64,000 nucleotides of DNA. It comes from Clostridia bacterium (GTDB taxonomy: Bacteria > Bacillota > Clostridia > Christensenellales > SZUA-584). Shown here one piece after another: positions 1 to 11,249 of this stretch. A program made the position numbers and the translations under genes. The notes under the pieces are model-generated. The model did not search any database. It was not told the DNA's origin and worked only from the letters and a program-made list of their open reading frames with translations. The DNA lies in contig JABGQS010000004.1 in NCBI GenBank assembly GCA_018648645.1, forward strand, positions 8,976-72,975, in the 5' to 3' direction. How positions within the stretch are numbered: the first letter of the stretch is position 1; each line of letters opens with the position of its first letter.

Positions 1-796
1 TGATGAAAAAGTCGCCGATTTTAACCGCTTCGCTCATGGGCATGACAGAAAACCCGTCCATCGCAGCTTCCATAGCGCAAATGGCATCGACTTCTGTGAC
101 CACAACCTTTGCACCAAGACCCTTCGCGCGCATTGCTACGCCTTTGCCGCACCAGCCGTAACCTGCTACCACCACAGTTGTTCCTGCGATAACGAGGTTG
201 GTGGTGCGCATGATGCCGTCCCATACCGATTGACCTGTGCCGTAACGGTTATCAAACAAATGCTTGCAATCGCCGTCGTTCACCGCGATAACCGGGAACT
301 TTAATGTATTGTTGTTGTCTCTGATTTGGTAACGGAGAACTCCGGTTGTCGTTTCCTCGCACGCGCCGATAACGCTGCCTGCTTTGTCGCTAAGGAAAGT
401 GTGCAGCGCTTCGGACAGGTCTGCGCCGTCGTCCATCACGACATCGGGACCGTTGTCAAGCGCTTTGGCGATGTGCCGCTCGTATTCCTCGTCTGTCGCA
501 CCGTACCATGCGTATACATCCATACCGCCAGCTGCGAGGGCTGCCACGACGTCGTCTTGCGTAGAAAGCGGATTTGACCCTGTGACCGACATGACTGCGC
601 CGCCAGCTTCCAGTACGCGGCATAAGTACGCAGTCTTTGCTTCCAGATGAATCGAAAGCGTAACTTTTAGCCCAGTGAAAGGTTTGTCTGCTTCGAACTG
701 CTTCTTGATTGCAGCGAGAACAGGCATGTGGCTTTGTACCCATTTGATTTTCATTTCGCCTTGCGGCGCTAGCTTAATATCTCTTATTTCTGACAT
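1..796 (-). CDS. ahcY: Adenosylhomocysteinase (SAH hydrolase), 3' end beyond the window edge
   Basis: Not in the ORF track because it has no stop in the window. Manual translation from ATG at 796 gives MSEIRDIKLAPQGEMKIKWVQSHMPVL...HLEAKTAYL...GSNPLSTQDDV...DDGADL...EETTTG...KHLFDNRYGTGQS...GYGWCGKG, all AhcY motifs. Overlaps the galU end by 13 nt. Confidence 0.95.
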   Translation of the reverse strand, partial: MSEIRDIKLAPQGEMKIKWVQSHMPVLAAIKKQFEADKPFTGLKVTLSIHLEAKTAYLCRVLEAGGAVMSVTGSNPLSTQDDVVAALAAGGMDVYAWYGATDEEYERHIAKALDNGPDVVMDDGADLSEALHTFLSDKAGSVIGACEETTTGVLRYQIRDNNNTLKFPVIAVNDGDCKHLFDNRYGTGQSVWDGIMRTTNLVIAGTTVVVAGYGWCGKGVAMRAKGLGAKVVVTEVDAICAMEAAMDGFSVMPMSEAVKIGDFFI

Positions 797-1677
797 AATT
801 CCATCTCTTTCACTAATTTAATTAGGTATTCTTCAAAATCATCTTTAAGATCGTCACGCCCCAGCGCAAGTTCTACCGTAGCTTTTAGGAAGCCAAGTTT
901 GTCTCCGACGTCGTAGCGCTTTCCGTCAAACTCGTACGCATACATACCTTGCGTTTCTGACAGCGTTTGCAGCGCGTCCGTAAGCTGAATTTCGCCGTTT
1001 ACGCCCGGTTTTTGGTTTTCAAGAATGTCGAAAATCTCGGGCGTGATTACGTAGCGTCCGAGTATAGCGATATTTGAAGGAGCTTTTTTTGGCGATGGTT
1101 TTTCTACCATATCCAAAACTTTGTGCAGCCTGCTCGCATTCTTTGAATCATCGGGGCGTATGATGCCGTATTTGTCTACCTGTGACTCGGGAACTCTTTG
1201 TACACCGAGCACGCTGGTTTCGTGTTTGTCGTATACGTCCATCAGCTGTCCGATGGCTGCTTGCTGCGACACGATAATATCATCGCCGAGCATGACCGCA
1301 AAAGGCTCGTCGCCGACAAAATCGCGCGCACGACCAATCGCGTGCCCAAGACCTTTTGGTTCTTTTTGGCGCACATAAAACACGTTGACCAAGTTTGAAA
1401 TGTCAGCTACGATGCTGTGCAAATCGCACTTGCCTTTCTTGACAAGCTCGGACTCAAGCTCGTAGCTTTTGTCAAAATGATCCTCAATATTGTGCTTGCC
1501 TCGCCCTGTGATAATTAGAATGCTCTCTATGCCGGCCGCTATCGCTTCTTCGACGATATATTGTATCATCGGCTTGTCAACGACGGGCAGCATTTCCTTT
1601 GGCTGCGCTTTTGTCGCCGGCAGAAAGCGAGTCCCAAGTCCTGCGGCCGGAATGACCGCTTTTTTAATTTTAGACAT
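784..1677 (-). CDS. galU: UTP-glucose-1-phosphate uridylyltransferase
   Basis: KAVIPAAGLGTRFLPATKAQPKEMLP, VEKP and GEIQLTDAL motifs. Confidence 0.97.
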   Translation of the reverse strand: MSKIKKAVIPAAGLGTRFLPATKAQPKEMLPVVDKPMIQYIVEEAIAAGIESILIITGRGKHNIEDHFDKSYELESELVKKGKCDLHSIVADISNLVNVFYVRQKEPKGLGHAIGRARDFVGDEPFAVMLGDDIIVSQQAAIGQLMDVYDKHETSVLGVQRVPESQVDKYGIIRPDDSKNASRLHKVLDMVEKPSPKKAPSNIAILGRYVITPEIFDILENQKPGVNGEIQLTDALQTLSETQGMYAYEFDGKRYDVGDKLGFLKATVELALGRDDLKDDFEEYLIKLVKEMELCQK

Positions 1678-1818
1678 TTTGCCTCCATTTGGTTATTACT
1701 GTAGAGAGACCATTATACAACATACACGGATATTTGTGTTTACTTTTTTGTGAATATTGTCTACCAAATTCGTAGTAGATGTAACATTTAATTTTCCTGT
1801 GATGTAAAATAATACAGG

Positions 1819-1867
1819 TTGACGGAATCTTTGTTCGGGTATATAATTTAGTTAGAACAACTGTTCT
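1819..1867 (+). promoter_or_regulatory. SigA promoter with two LexA (Firmicute SOS/Cheo) boxes
   Basis: TTGACG (1819-1824), 17 bp, TATAAT (1842-1847). Perfect GAAC-N4-GTTC at 1855-1866 and a one-mismatch GAAT-N4-GTTC in the spacer at 1825-1836, directly upstream of a Y-family polymerase. Confidence 0.9.
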
Positions 1868-1880
1868 GATTGGAGTATTG

Positions 1881-3122
1881 ATGGACAAGGTTATACTGCA
1901 TTGCGATTTGAATAGCTTTTTTGCTTCGGCGTCGTGCCTTAATCATCCGGAGCTGCAGCGTGTGCCTGTTGCTGTGTGCGGCGATGTCAAAAAGCGGCAT
2001 GGAATTATATTGGCCAAGAACCAGCTTGCCAAACGTGCGGGCGTGAAAACCGCTCAGGCGGTTTGGGAGGCGCAGCAGACCTGCCCCGGTCTTGTTATGG
2101 TGCCGCCCGAATATCAGCTTTATATGGAGCTCAGCGAGACTGTGAAGCACATATATGAGCGATATACCGGCAAAATTGAGCCTTTTGGCATCGACGAGTG
2201 CTGGCTGGACGTTACGCCTGCGCGCATCACAAAAGACTATGGAACGCAATTGGCGCACGAGATAAGGCGAACCATTCGCAGAGAAACCGGGCTTACCGTG
2301 TCTGTCGGTGTGTCGTGGAACAAAATCTTCGCAAAGCTTGGCAGCGATTATCGGAAACCCGACGCTGTTACTGTTATCAGTCGCGAGAACTATCAGAAAA
2401 TAGCGTGGCCGCTCCCTAGCTCTGAGCTGCTTTATGTCGGCAGAGCGACTAAAAAAAAACTCGATAGAGTCGGTATTAACACTATTGGCGAGATAGCCAC
2501 CAGCCCGGAGTTGCTGCTAAAATCGCTGCTGGGTAAAAACGGGCTTACGCTGCACGCGTTTGCGAATGGCAACGATATGTCGCCCGTGCAGCCTGTTGAC
2601 CACACTTATGGCGTAAAGGGCATTGGCAACAGCATGACGACCAAGCACGATTTGACCAATGATATTGAAGTAAAACAAGCGTTTTTGATACTTTGTGAGA
2701 TGGTTGCATACCGCGCCCGCAAAAAAAAACTGCAAGGCAGCGTTGTCGGCATATATCTGCGCGATAAGGATTTGACACACATCACGCGGCAGGTCAGCCT
2801 CCCCCGACCTACATTTATTGCGGACGAGATGGTAAACTACGCGATGACGCTTTATAAGGCGAACTGGGACGCAGCGCAGCGACCGATACGCTCGATAGGA
2901 ATTCGCATACACAAGCTCTCCCCCATCGGCAAATACACGCAATTGAGCTTTCTTGACCCGAAGCACATCTATCTGCAAAACCTTGAGTATACCAAAGACG
3001 ATATTAACCGCAGATTTGGCAAGCAGGCGATTACGCGCGCGTGTCTGCTGAGCACCAAGGTCGCCGAGAGCAACCCTGAAGAGCAGCACGTTGTGCATCC
3101 GTTATCGTTCTTTAGGAGGTGA
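1881..3122 (+). CDS. dinB: Y-family DNA polymerase (DinB/Pol IV-like)
   Basis: LHCDLNSFFAS, GIDE catalytic motif, SVGVSWNKIFAKLGSDYRKP, C-terminal QLSF clamp-binding motif. GGAG RBS before ATG 1881. Confidence 0.92.
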   Translation: MDKVILHCDLNSFFASASCLNHPELQRVPVAVCGDVKKRHGIILAKNQLAKRAGVKTAQAVWEAQQTCPGLVMVPPEYQLYMELSETVKHIYERYTGKIEPFGIDECWLDVTPARITKDYGTQLAHEIRRTIRRETGLTVSVGVSWNKIFAKLGSDYRKPDAVTVISRENYQKIAWPLPSSELLYVGRATKKKLDRVGINTIGEIATSPELLLKSLLGKNGLTLHAFANGNDMSPVQPVDHTYGVKGIGNSMTTKHDLTNDIEVKQAFLILCEMVAYRARKKKLQGSVVGIYLRDKDLTHITRQVSLPRPTFIADEMVNYAMTLYKANWDAAQRPIRSIGIRIHKLSPIGKYTQLSFLDPKHIYLQNLEYTKDDINRRFGKQAITRACLLSTKVAESNPEEQHVVHPLSFFRR

Positions 3123-3125
3123 GCA

Positions 3126-3467
3126 TCAACCGGGTGGCCATCCCATCGTGCGTCCGCCAAGCAGATGAAAATGCAGGTGGTCTACGGCCTGTCCGCCGTC
3201 TTTGCCAATGTTGGTGACGAGCCTGTATCCGCCTTTGAGACCAAACTCTTCCGCCAATCGTTTACCCACGCTCATTATGCGCGCGTAGATGTCCATGTCA
3301 AGCTCTGATGTGTCGGCAACCGAAGCGATGTGTTTCTTTGGGATAATCAGGATGTGCACAGGCGCCTGTGGGTTGATGTCGGTAAACGCAATCACTTTCT
3401 CGTCTTCGTAGACCTTGTTGCTCGGAATCTTACCCGCAACAATTTTGCAAAACAAACAGTCGTTCAT
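3126..3467 (-). CDS. Histidine triad (HIT) nucleotide-binding protein
   Basis: DCLFCKI, HLHFHLLGGR and WPPG terminus. Confidence 0.95.
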   Translation of the reverse strand: MNDCLFCKIVAGKIPSNKVYEDEKVIAFTDINPQAPVHILIIPKKHIASVADTSELDMDIYARIMSVGKRLAEEFGLKGGYRLVTNIGKDGGQAVDHLHFHLLGGRTMGWPPG

Positions 3468-4732
3468 ATCAGCTCTCCTTGCATCGTTTTATTTGATATA
3501 TCACCGAGCACAACTTGCTTGCACTCGTTTATTTGCGCATTTGCGGCAACGCGTATATAACGCGATGAGTAGCCTTCTGCCAAACCTTTGAACACTTTGG
3601 ACTCCTCCTCAAAAAGGACGTTGTCGGTTTTGCCCTGCATACTCATCAGATAGTTGCTCTCTAAAGTTTCGCCAAGCGCGATTAATTCATTTGCGCGTTT
3701 TCTTGCTATATTAGTTGGAATTTTTGGTATCATGTCGAATGCTTTGGTGCCTTCTCTGGCGGAGAATGGAAATACGTGTATTCGCGCAAAAGCAGCATTT
3801 GCAGCGAAAGACATTGTATCTGCAAATTCCTCTTCAGTTTCACCCGGAAAACCTGTTATGATGTCTGTGGTAATTGCCGGTTTATCAAAGTTTTCTCGCA
3901 GCAATGTGACAAAGGCCATGAATGCTTCGGGTGTGTAATTGCGGTTCATGCGCTGTAGCACACTTTGTGAGCCGCTTTGCAGCGACAAATGAAAGTGCGG
4001 GCATAGATTTTTCGCTGTGGATATTTTGCGAACGAACTCGCTGCCGAGAACTCCAAGATCTATTGAGCCGAGACGAATGCGCACGTTTAATTTATCCAGT
4101 GACGAAACGACATCAGCCAAGCCATAATCGCCGTCTTCATAAGAAGCAATGTGTATGCCGGTCAACACAATTTCTTTTGCGCCTCCGTTTGCGATTGCTG
4201 TCGCTTCTGTGATGATGACATTTAGTTTCTTTGAGCGCGATCTGCCGCGAACGTATGGAATGATGCAATAGCTGCAAAAGCAGTTGCAGCCTTCTTGAAT
4301 TTTGATGGTACTGCGAGTGCGGTTGCCCGACGTTTTGACCTGCATTTGCTCAAAACCGCAGCTGCCAATATCGTGAGTTGCGTTGATATTTGATTCGCCT
4401 GAGAGAATGCTTTTTGCAACCGTCACGATTTTGCTTCTGTCGTCTGTGCCAATGACAGCGTTCACACCATCCATTGCCAGAACCTGCTCTGCACGTTTTT
4501 GCGCCATGCAGCCAGCGACGATAACCTTGCCGTTTTTTGCAGCGCGGCGCACGATTGCACGGCTCTTTTTGTCGGCAGTGCCCGTGACAGTGCACGTGTT
4601 GACTACGACGATGTCGCAGGGTTGGCCAAAATCGACAACATCGAAACCGTCATTCAAAAATAGCTCCTGCATGTAGGTTGTGTCGTATGTGTTGACTTTG
4701 CAGCCGAGCGTGTAGAACGATACTTTTTTCAA
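3464..4732 (-). CDS. mtaB: tRNA ms2t6A methylthiotransferase
   Basis: TLGCKVN, NTCTVT, KIQEGCNCFCSYC radical-SAM motif; follows rsmE. Confidence 0.93.
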   Translation of the reverse strand: MKKVSFYTLGCKVNTYDTTYMQELFLNDGFDVVDFGQPCDIVVVNTCTVTGTADKKSRAIVRRAAKNGKVIVAGCMAQKRAEQVLAMDGVNAVIGTDDRSKIVTVAKSILSGESNINATHDIGSCGFEQMQVKTSGNRTRSTIKIQEGCNCFCSYCIIPYVRGRSRSKKLNVIITEATAIANGGAKEIVLTGIHIASYEDGDYGLADVVSSLDKLNVRIRLGSIDLGVLGSEFVRKISTAKNLCPHFHLSLQSGSQSVLQRMNRNYTPEAFMAFVTLLRENFDKPAITTDIITGFPGETEEEFADTMSFAANAAFARIHVFPFSAREGTKAFDMIPKIPTNIARKRANELIALGETLESNYLMSMQGKTDNVLFEEESKVFKGLAEGYSSRYIRVAANAQINECKQVVLGDISNKTMQGELI

Positions 4733-5442
4733 TATTCCATCTCACCTTTTGCGTAGAAACAAGCCGCCAAAACTGCAATACCTGCTGTTTCTGTACGCAT
4801 AATTCGTCTGCCGAGCGTTACGGGAATGCCACCGCAGTCCTTCACTCGTTCTATTTCTGAGCGCTCGAACCCGCCTTCGCTGCCGATAACGATACCAATG
4901 TCACTTGCGCCTACTTGAAGAGCTGTGTATAGTTGACGCTGCCGTTCCTCTTCATCGCAGATGATAAGCAACTCGTGATTGCTCATTAGTTCTAGCGCTT
5001 GCTCGAAACTCTGCACGTCAGTAACATTTGGGATTATACTTCTACCGCATTGCTTGACGGCGGATAGCGCAACTTTTGATAGCTTGTCGCCTTGACCGCT
5101 TGGTCGCTTTACGCAGCGTTTTGACAGAAACGGTACAATTGCTGCTGCGCCCAATTCAACTGCTTTCTGTACGATTTCGTTCATTTTTGCCGATTTTGGA
5201 TAGGCTTGGTATAGCGTAACGTTGATTTCTGGCTCCGCTTTGTTTTGTGATTTGCTGAGGATGTCGGCTTTGACGTCCTTGTCGATGTTTGTGATAGCGC
5301 AAGTGTAATCTATACCGCTGCCGTCGATTGCGATAAACTCGTCTCCGATGCTCATCCGCACGGCGTTTCTCATGTGGTTGGCTTCCTCGCCGGAAATGTA
5401 TATGCTGTTTTTCGATACGTTTGTTGCAAGAAATCTACGCAT
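4729..5442 (-). CDS. rsmE: 16S rRNA m3U1498 methyltransferase
   Basis: KAVELG, QCGRS, IGSEGGF and LGRRIMRTETA. Confidence 0.95.
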   Translation of the reverse strand: MRRFLATNVSKNSIYISGEEANHMRNAVRMSIGDEFIAIDGSGIDYTCAITNIDKDVKADILSKSQNKAEPEINVTLYQAYPKSAKMNEIVQKAVELGAAAIVPFLSKRCVKRPSGQGDKLSKVALSAVKQCGRSIIPNVTDVQSFEQALELMSNHELLIICDEEERQRQLYTALQVGASDIGIVIGSEGGFERSEIERVKDCGGIPVTLGRRIMRTETAGIAVLAACFYAKGEMEY

Positions 5443-6358
5443 TTGCTTTCCTTACTGCGAGCGCTCGCCAATCTGCCATGCAGAGAGTTTGCAGCACTAT
5501 AAAATTGTTTTGCTCCAGCGAAGCAATTACATCTGCAAGTCTGTCCTCGATGATGCCCGAAACTATGTATGTAGCATCGTCATTAAGGTAGCTTGATATA
5601 TCGCCGTTTAAGCGAATTACGATATCTGCGATGATGTTCGCGAGTACTATGTCGTATTGTTTAAGCTGTGCGTTTTGGAGCAAGTCGGATTGTATTGCAG
5701 TCAATTTAACGTTATTGGCTTTAGCGTTAGCTTGTGTTACGTCAACGCTGACTTGGTCGTAATCGAGTGCAAGAACTTCGGTTGCACCGAGCTTTGCGCA
5801 AGCGATGCTGAGGATGCCGGAGCCGCAGCCTATGTCCATCACTGACCAGTCGTCATCGCTTGGCTTATACCGCTGTACGAGCTCAAGACACATTTTCGTG
5901 GTTTCGTGCACACCCGAACCAAACGCCATGCCGGGATCGAGTTCGATAATGATGTCGTTTTGCTCTGCTTCGTATTTCTCCCAAGTTGGTTTAACCACGA
6001 TGTCTCCGGCAGCACGAAATGTTTTAAAATGCTTCTTGAAGTTGGCGTTCCAGTCGCTGTCTTCGATTTCGTTTATGCTGATGAGCAGTGCACCAAAGTC
6101 GATATCGGCAGCAGACTTTGCAGCTGCAATGTGCTGCTTGATATAGTCAAGCGTGGCGTCAAACGAGGTGTCGCCATAGTATGCGATAACTTTTACTGTG
6201 TCGTTTGCAGGTGCCGGCACTAAATACTCATCTCTTCTTGCGACAGGAGTTTCGCCGCCCTCTATTTGCACACCCGTTGCACCCGCGTCAACCAAAACAG
6301 ACGCGACAATATCGCACGCCCGTTCACTCGTTTCTATGCTAACCTGATTCCAATTCAT
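5435..6358 (-). CDS. prmA: Ribosomal protein L11 methyltransferase
   Basis: DPGMAFGSGVHETT, DIGCGSGILSI and ANIIA; follows dnaJ. Confidence 0.95.
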   Translation of the reverse strand: MNWNQVSIETSERACDIVASVLVDAGATGVQIEGGETPVARRDEYLVPAPANDTVKVIAYYGDTSFDATLDYIKQHIAAAKSAADIDFGALLISINEIEDSDWNANFKKHFKTFRAAGDIVVKPTWEKYEAEQNDIIIELDPGMAFGSGVHETTKMCLELVQRYKPSDDDWSVMDIGCGSGILSIACAKLGATEVLALDYDQVSVDVTQANAKANNVKLTAIQSDLLQNAQLKQYDIVLANIIADIVIRLNGDISSYLNDDATYIVSGIIEDRLADVIASLEQNNFIVLQTLCMADWRALAVRKANA

Positions 6359-6360
6359 CG

Positions 6361-7482
6361 TTATTTTCCTTTAACGCGATTGTAAAAGCTCTTCTTTGGT
6401 TTGCCTAAACCATCAAATTCTTTAATCAGCGTTTTCTGCTTATCTGAAAGTTTCCTTGGAATTTCTACAACAACCCTTACATATAAACTACCTTTTCGAA
6501 TAGAGCGGAGGTTTTGTATGCCTTTGTCTTTAAGACGGAAAACGGTGCCTGTTTGAGTGCCTGAGCTCATTTTATATTTCGCTTTGCCGTCTAGCGTCGG
6601 TATCATCAGCTCGGCGCCGAGCGCTGCTTCCATAAATGTAACGGGCATTTCGAGGTGCAGGTCGTATCCATCGCGTTTAAAGAACTTGTGAGCAGGGAAT
6701 CTGATGTGTATCTGCAAATCTCCCGCAGGTCCGCCGCGCTGTCCTGCGCTGCCTTCGCCGCGAAGTGTTATTATTTGTCCGCTGTCAATGCCCGCGGGTA
6801 CTTTCACCTTCATGGTTTTCTGCTGGCGCTTTATGCCTTTGCCGTTGCAATCATGACACGGATCGGTGATTATAGTGCCTCTGCCGCCGCAGCTTGGGCA
6901 GTCTACAACGTTTACAAAGTTGCCGAAGACCGACTGACTCTGCTGACGAATTTGTCCGCTGCCACCGCAATGGCTGCACGTTTTTGGCTGCGTGCCTTTT
7001 TTGGCGCCGTTGCCGCCACACGTTTCGCACGTTGCGTCCTTGTTTAGACGAACTTCCTTTGCTACGCCAAACGCCGCTTCTTCAAACGTGATTCGAAGTT
7101 CCATGCGAAGGTCTGCGCCGCGAATTGGTCCGTTTCTGCGCTGCGATGTTCCTCCGCCGAAGAAAGAGTCGAAAATATCGCCAAAGCCACCTGAGAAGTC
7201 GCCAAAACCGCCGAAACCACCTGCACCGCCACCGCCGCCCGCGCCTGCTGCAGGGTCGAATGCTGCATGACCAAATTGGTCGTACTGGCTTCGTTTCTTG
7301 TCGTCACCTAAAACCTCGTACGCTTCGCTGACTTCATGAAACTTCTCCGCGCTGGCGTTGTCCTCGCTTTTTACGTCGGGGTGATGCTGTTTTGCGAGTT
7401 TTCTGTACGCTTTTTTGATTTCCTCGCCGGTTGCGTCTTTCTTTACACCCAACACGTCATAATAATCTTTTTTGTCTGCCAA
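6361..7482 (-). CDS. dnaJ: Chaperone DnaJ
   Basis: J domain with HPD, G/F-rich linker, four CxxCxGxG repeats. Confidence 0.98.
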   Translation of the reverse strand: MADKKDYYDVLGVKKDATGEEIKKAYRKLAKQHHPDVKSEDNASAEKFHEVSEAYEVLGDDKKRSQYDQFGHAAFDPAAGAGGGGGAGGFGGFGDFSGGFGDIFDSFFGGGTSQRRNGPIRGADLRMELRITFEEAAFGVAKEVRLNKDATCETCGGNGAKKGTQPKTCSHCGGSGQIRQQSQSVFGNFVNVVDCPSCGGRGTIITDPCHDCNGKGIKRQQKTMKVKVPAGIDSGQIITLRGEGSAGQRGGPAGDLQIHIRFPAHKFFKRDGYDLHLEMPVTFMEAALGAELMIPTLDGKAKYKMSSGTQTGTVFRLKDKGIQNLRSIRKGSLYVRVVVEIPRKLSDKQKTLIKEFDGLGKPKKSFYNRVKGK

Positions 7483-7517
7483 AATATAAGTACCGCCTAT
7501 ATAGATGTTTTACACAC

Positions 7518-7548
7518 AAACCAAAGCAGCATAACCGCTGCTCTGGTC
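7518..7548 (-). terminator. Stem-loop between dnaK and dnaJ (weak terminator or mRNA stabiliser)
   Basis: - strand ACCAGAGCAGC-GGTTAT-GCTGCTTTGGT followed by TTGTGT, an imperfect U-tract. Confidence 0.55.
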
Positions 7549-7577
7549 TCGTGTAAGTATATTAATTTAACTAAACT

Positions 7578-9461
<1,884 letters not shown>

Positions 9462-9466
9462 CTATA

Positions 9467-10087
9467 TTATTTACTTACTATTACCATGCTGTGGCGCAAT
9501 ATTTTTTCACCAAGCATATATCCTTTTTGCACAACCATCACAACTGTGTTTGGTTGCACATCGTCCTCTTCTACCTCTATTTGCTGTATTGCGTGGTGCA
9601 CGTTTGGATCAAAAGGTTCTCCAAGCGACGGAATTTCAGCTACATCCATGCCGGTCAGAATATCGACAAGCTGTTTGTAAACCATGGAAACGCCATCTGC
9701 AAACGCGCTGTCCTCTTGCTCCTCTGCGTGCTCGAGTGCCCGCTCAAAGTTGTCAAGCACCGGCAGCATCTTTGCTACTGTGTCGCACGCACCGTCCTTA
9801 ATCGCGCAGCCGATTGCCGACTGATTGCGTTTCTTGAAGTTATTGAACTCGCTGAACGTGCGCTGATAACTGTCTTTGAATGCACACTTTGCTTCCTCAA
9901 GTGCGCAATTTTCTTCTTCTGCCTTTTTTAGCGCTTTGGTCAGCTTCGCAATCTTTTTGTCCTCCAGCTTGACAGGTTTGGTTTTGATCTGCTCTTTTGT
10001 ATCCTGCGAGACATCAACTTCAATTTCGCTCTCGCTATTATCTTCGTTTTTTGCGCTGTCTTGCTGCTTCGTTTTGTCGTCCTGCAT
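9467..10087 (-). CDS. grpE: Nucleotide exchange factor GrpE
   Basis: LPVLDNFERAL, FDPNVHHA and QKGYML...LRHSMV. Confidence 0.97.
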   Translation of the reverse strand: MQDDKTKQQDSAKNEDNSESEIEVDVSQDTKEQIKTKPVKLEDKKIAKLTKALKKAEEENCALEEAKCAFKDSYQRTFSEFNNFKKRNQSAIGCAIKDGACDTVAKMLPVLDNFERALEHAEEQEDSAFADGVSMVYKQLVDILTGMDVAEIPSLGEPFDPNVHHAIQQIEVEEDDVQPNTVVMVVQKGYMLGEKILRHSMVIVSK

Positions 10088-10104
10088 GTTTTCCTCCGTC
10101 TTTT

Positions 10105-11145
10105 CTAGTCGCCTATCTCAGTGAAATCAGATAGAATACTATTTAAGCTGTTACTAACGTACCCAAGTATCGATACGATTTTTGAATAATCCATTCTTGT
10201 GGGACCAATCACGCCGAATGAACCGAGTGATTTGCCGCCTATTTTGTACGTAGCCGTTACGACGCTCATGTCGCTTAGCTCCTCTGCCTCGTTCTCGTGA
10301 CCAATGGTTACAGAGAACTCTAGCTGCGATGCCTTTTTCATCATGTCGTACAACATATCCTTTGATTCAAGAACACTGATGAAATTCTTCGCTTTTTCTA
10401 CGCTCATGTACGCCGGAAAATCGATTATGTTCTGCGTACCGCCAAGCACGATGCCTTTTCTTCCGTGTGGTTCTACACTGGTTTCGATTGCTTCAACAAT
10501 GTCATCTACAAGATCACTGTTTTCTCGCACATTTTCGTTTAGACCCGTAATCAAGTCTTTTTCAGCGTCCTCGAGCGTTTTGCCCGAAAGCTTGTCTGTC
10601 AGCAGACGCGAGATCATCTCCATGTAGTCTGAGCTGATGCCCTCCGGCACAACTATGACACTGTCCTTAACGAGCCCCGCGTTTGTTACAACAAGCAAGA
10701 TTGCTTTGCGCTCGGTTATCTTTACCATCTGTATACTCTTGATGAGTGATTGTTTTAGTTGAGGACGAAGCACCATGGATATTTGGTGTGTCGTTTCGGA
10801 CAACACCTGTGCTGCTTTCTCCATGACTTGCTCTATCTCGGACATCCTGTCTTCGAAATAGCTTCTGATTTTGCCTGCTTCCGCAGCATTCAGCCTTGCT
10901 ACCTTCATCATCCGATCAACGTAGTATCTGTATGCTTTGTGCGACGGTATGCGGCCTGCCGATGTATGCGGCTGATCGAGAAACCCTAGTTCTTCAAGGT
11001 CTGCCATCTCGTTTCGTATAGTCGCCGAGCTAAGCTCGAAACCGTGCTTCTTTGAAATTGTCCTTGAGCCCACAGGAAAACCGGTCATGATGTAATCATC
11101 AATAACAGCTTTTAATATGCTTAGTTTCCTCTCGCTTAAGTCCAT
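10105..11145 (-). CDS. hrcA: Heat-inducible transcription repressor HrcA
   Basis: SSATIRNEMADLE, PHTSAGRIPS and IGPTRMDY. Start moved to ATG 11145, after a GAGGTG RBS. Confidence 0.97.
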   Translation of the reverse strand: MDLSERKLSILKAVIDDYIMTGFPVGSRTISKKHGFELSSATIRNEMADLEELGFLDQPHTSAGRIPSHKAYRYYVDRMMKVARLNAAEAGKIRSYFEDRMSEIEQVMEKAAQVLSETTHQISMVLRPQLKQSLIKSIQMVKITERKAILLVVTNAGLVKDSVIVVPEGISSDYMEMISRLLTDKLSGKTLEDAEKDLITGLNENVRENSDLVDDIVEAIETSVEPHGRKGIVLGGTQNIIDFPAYMSVEKAKNFISVLESKDMLYDMMKKASQLEFSVTIGHENEAEELSDMSVVTATYKIGGKSLGSFGVIGPTRMDYSKIVSILGYVSNSLNSILSDFTEIGD

Positions 11146-11165
11146 ATTCGTCACCTCATTGCTTG

Positions 11166-11192
11166 TTAGCACTCAATCAAGTCGAGTGCTAA
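11166..11192. promoter_or_regulatory. CIRCE element (HrcA operator)
   Basis: Exact TTAGCACTC-N9-GAGTGCTAA upstream of hrcA. Confidence 0.98.
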
Positions 11193-11249
11193 CATGACCA
11201 TATAAAAATAACACTATACAGCATCAAAGTCAATACTCTTGGTGCATAT

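Noticed and set aside
21..743. Short ORFs listed at 21-224, 326-577, 384-650 and 456-743
   Set aside because: All are shadow frames of the unlisted ahcY CDS (796 to the window edge)
1748..1765. TTGTGAA half-site upstream of galU as a Rex operator
   Set aside because: The second half-site TTCACAA is absent
11146..11172. N-terminal extensions in the ORF track (hrcA, phoP, phoR, folD, ABC ATPase, carA, bioY)
   Set aside because: Better RBS-supported downstream starts exist; the hrcA extension would run into the CIRCE element
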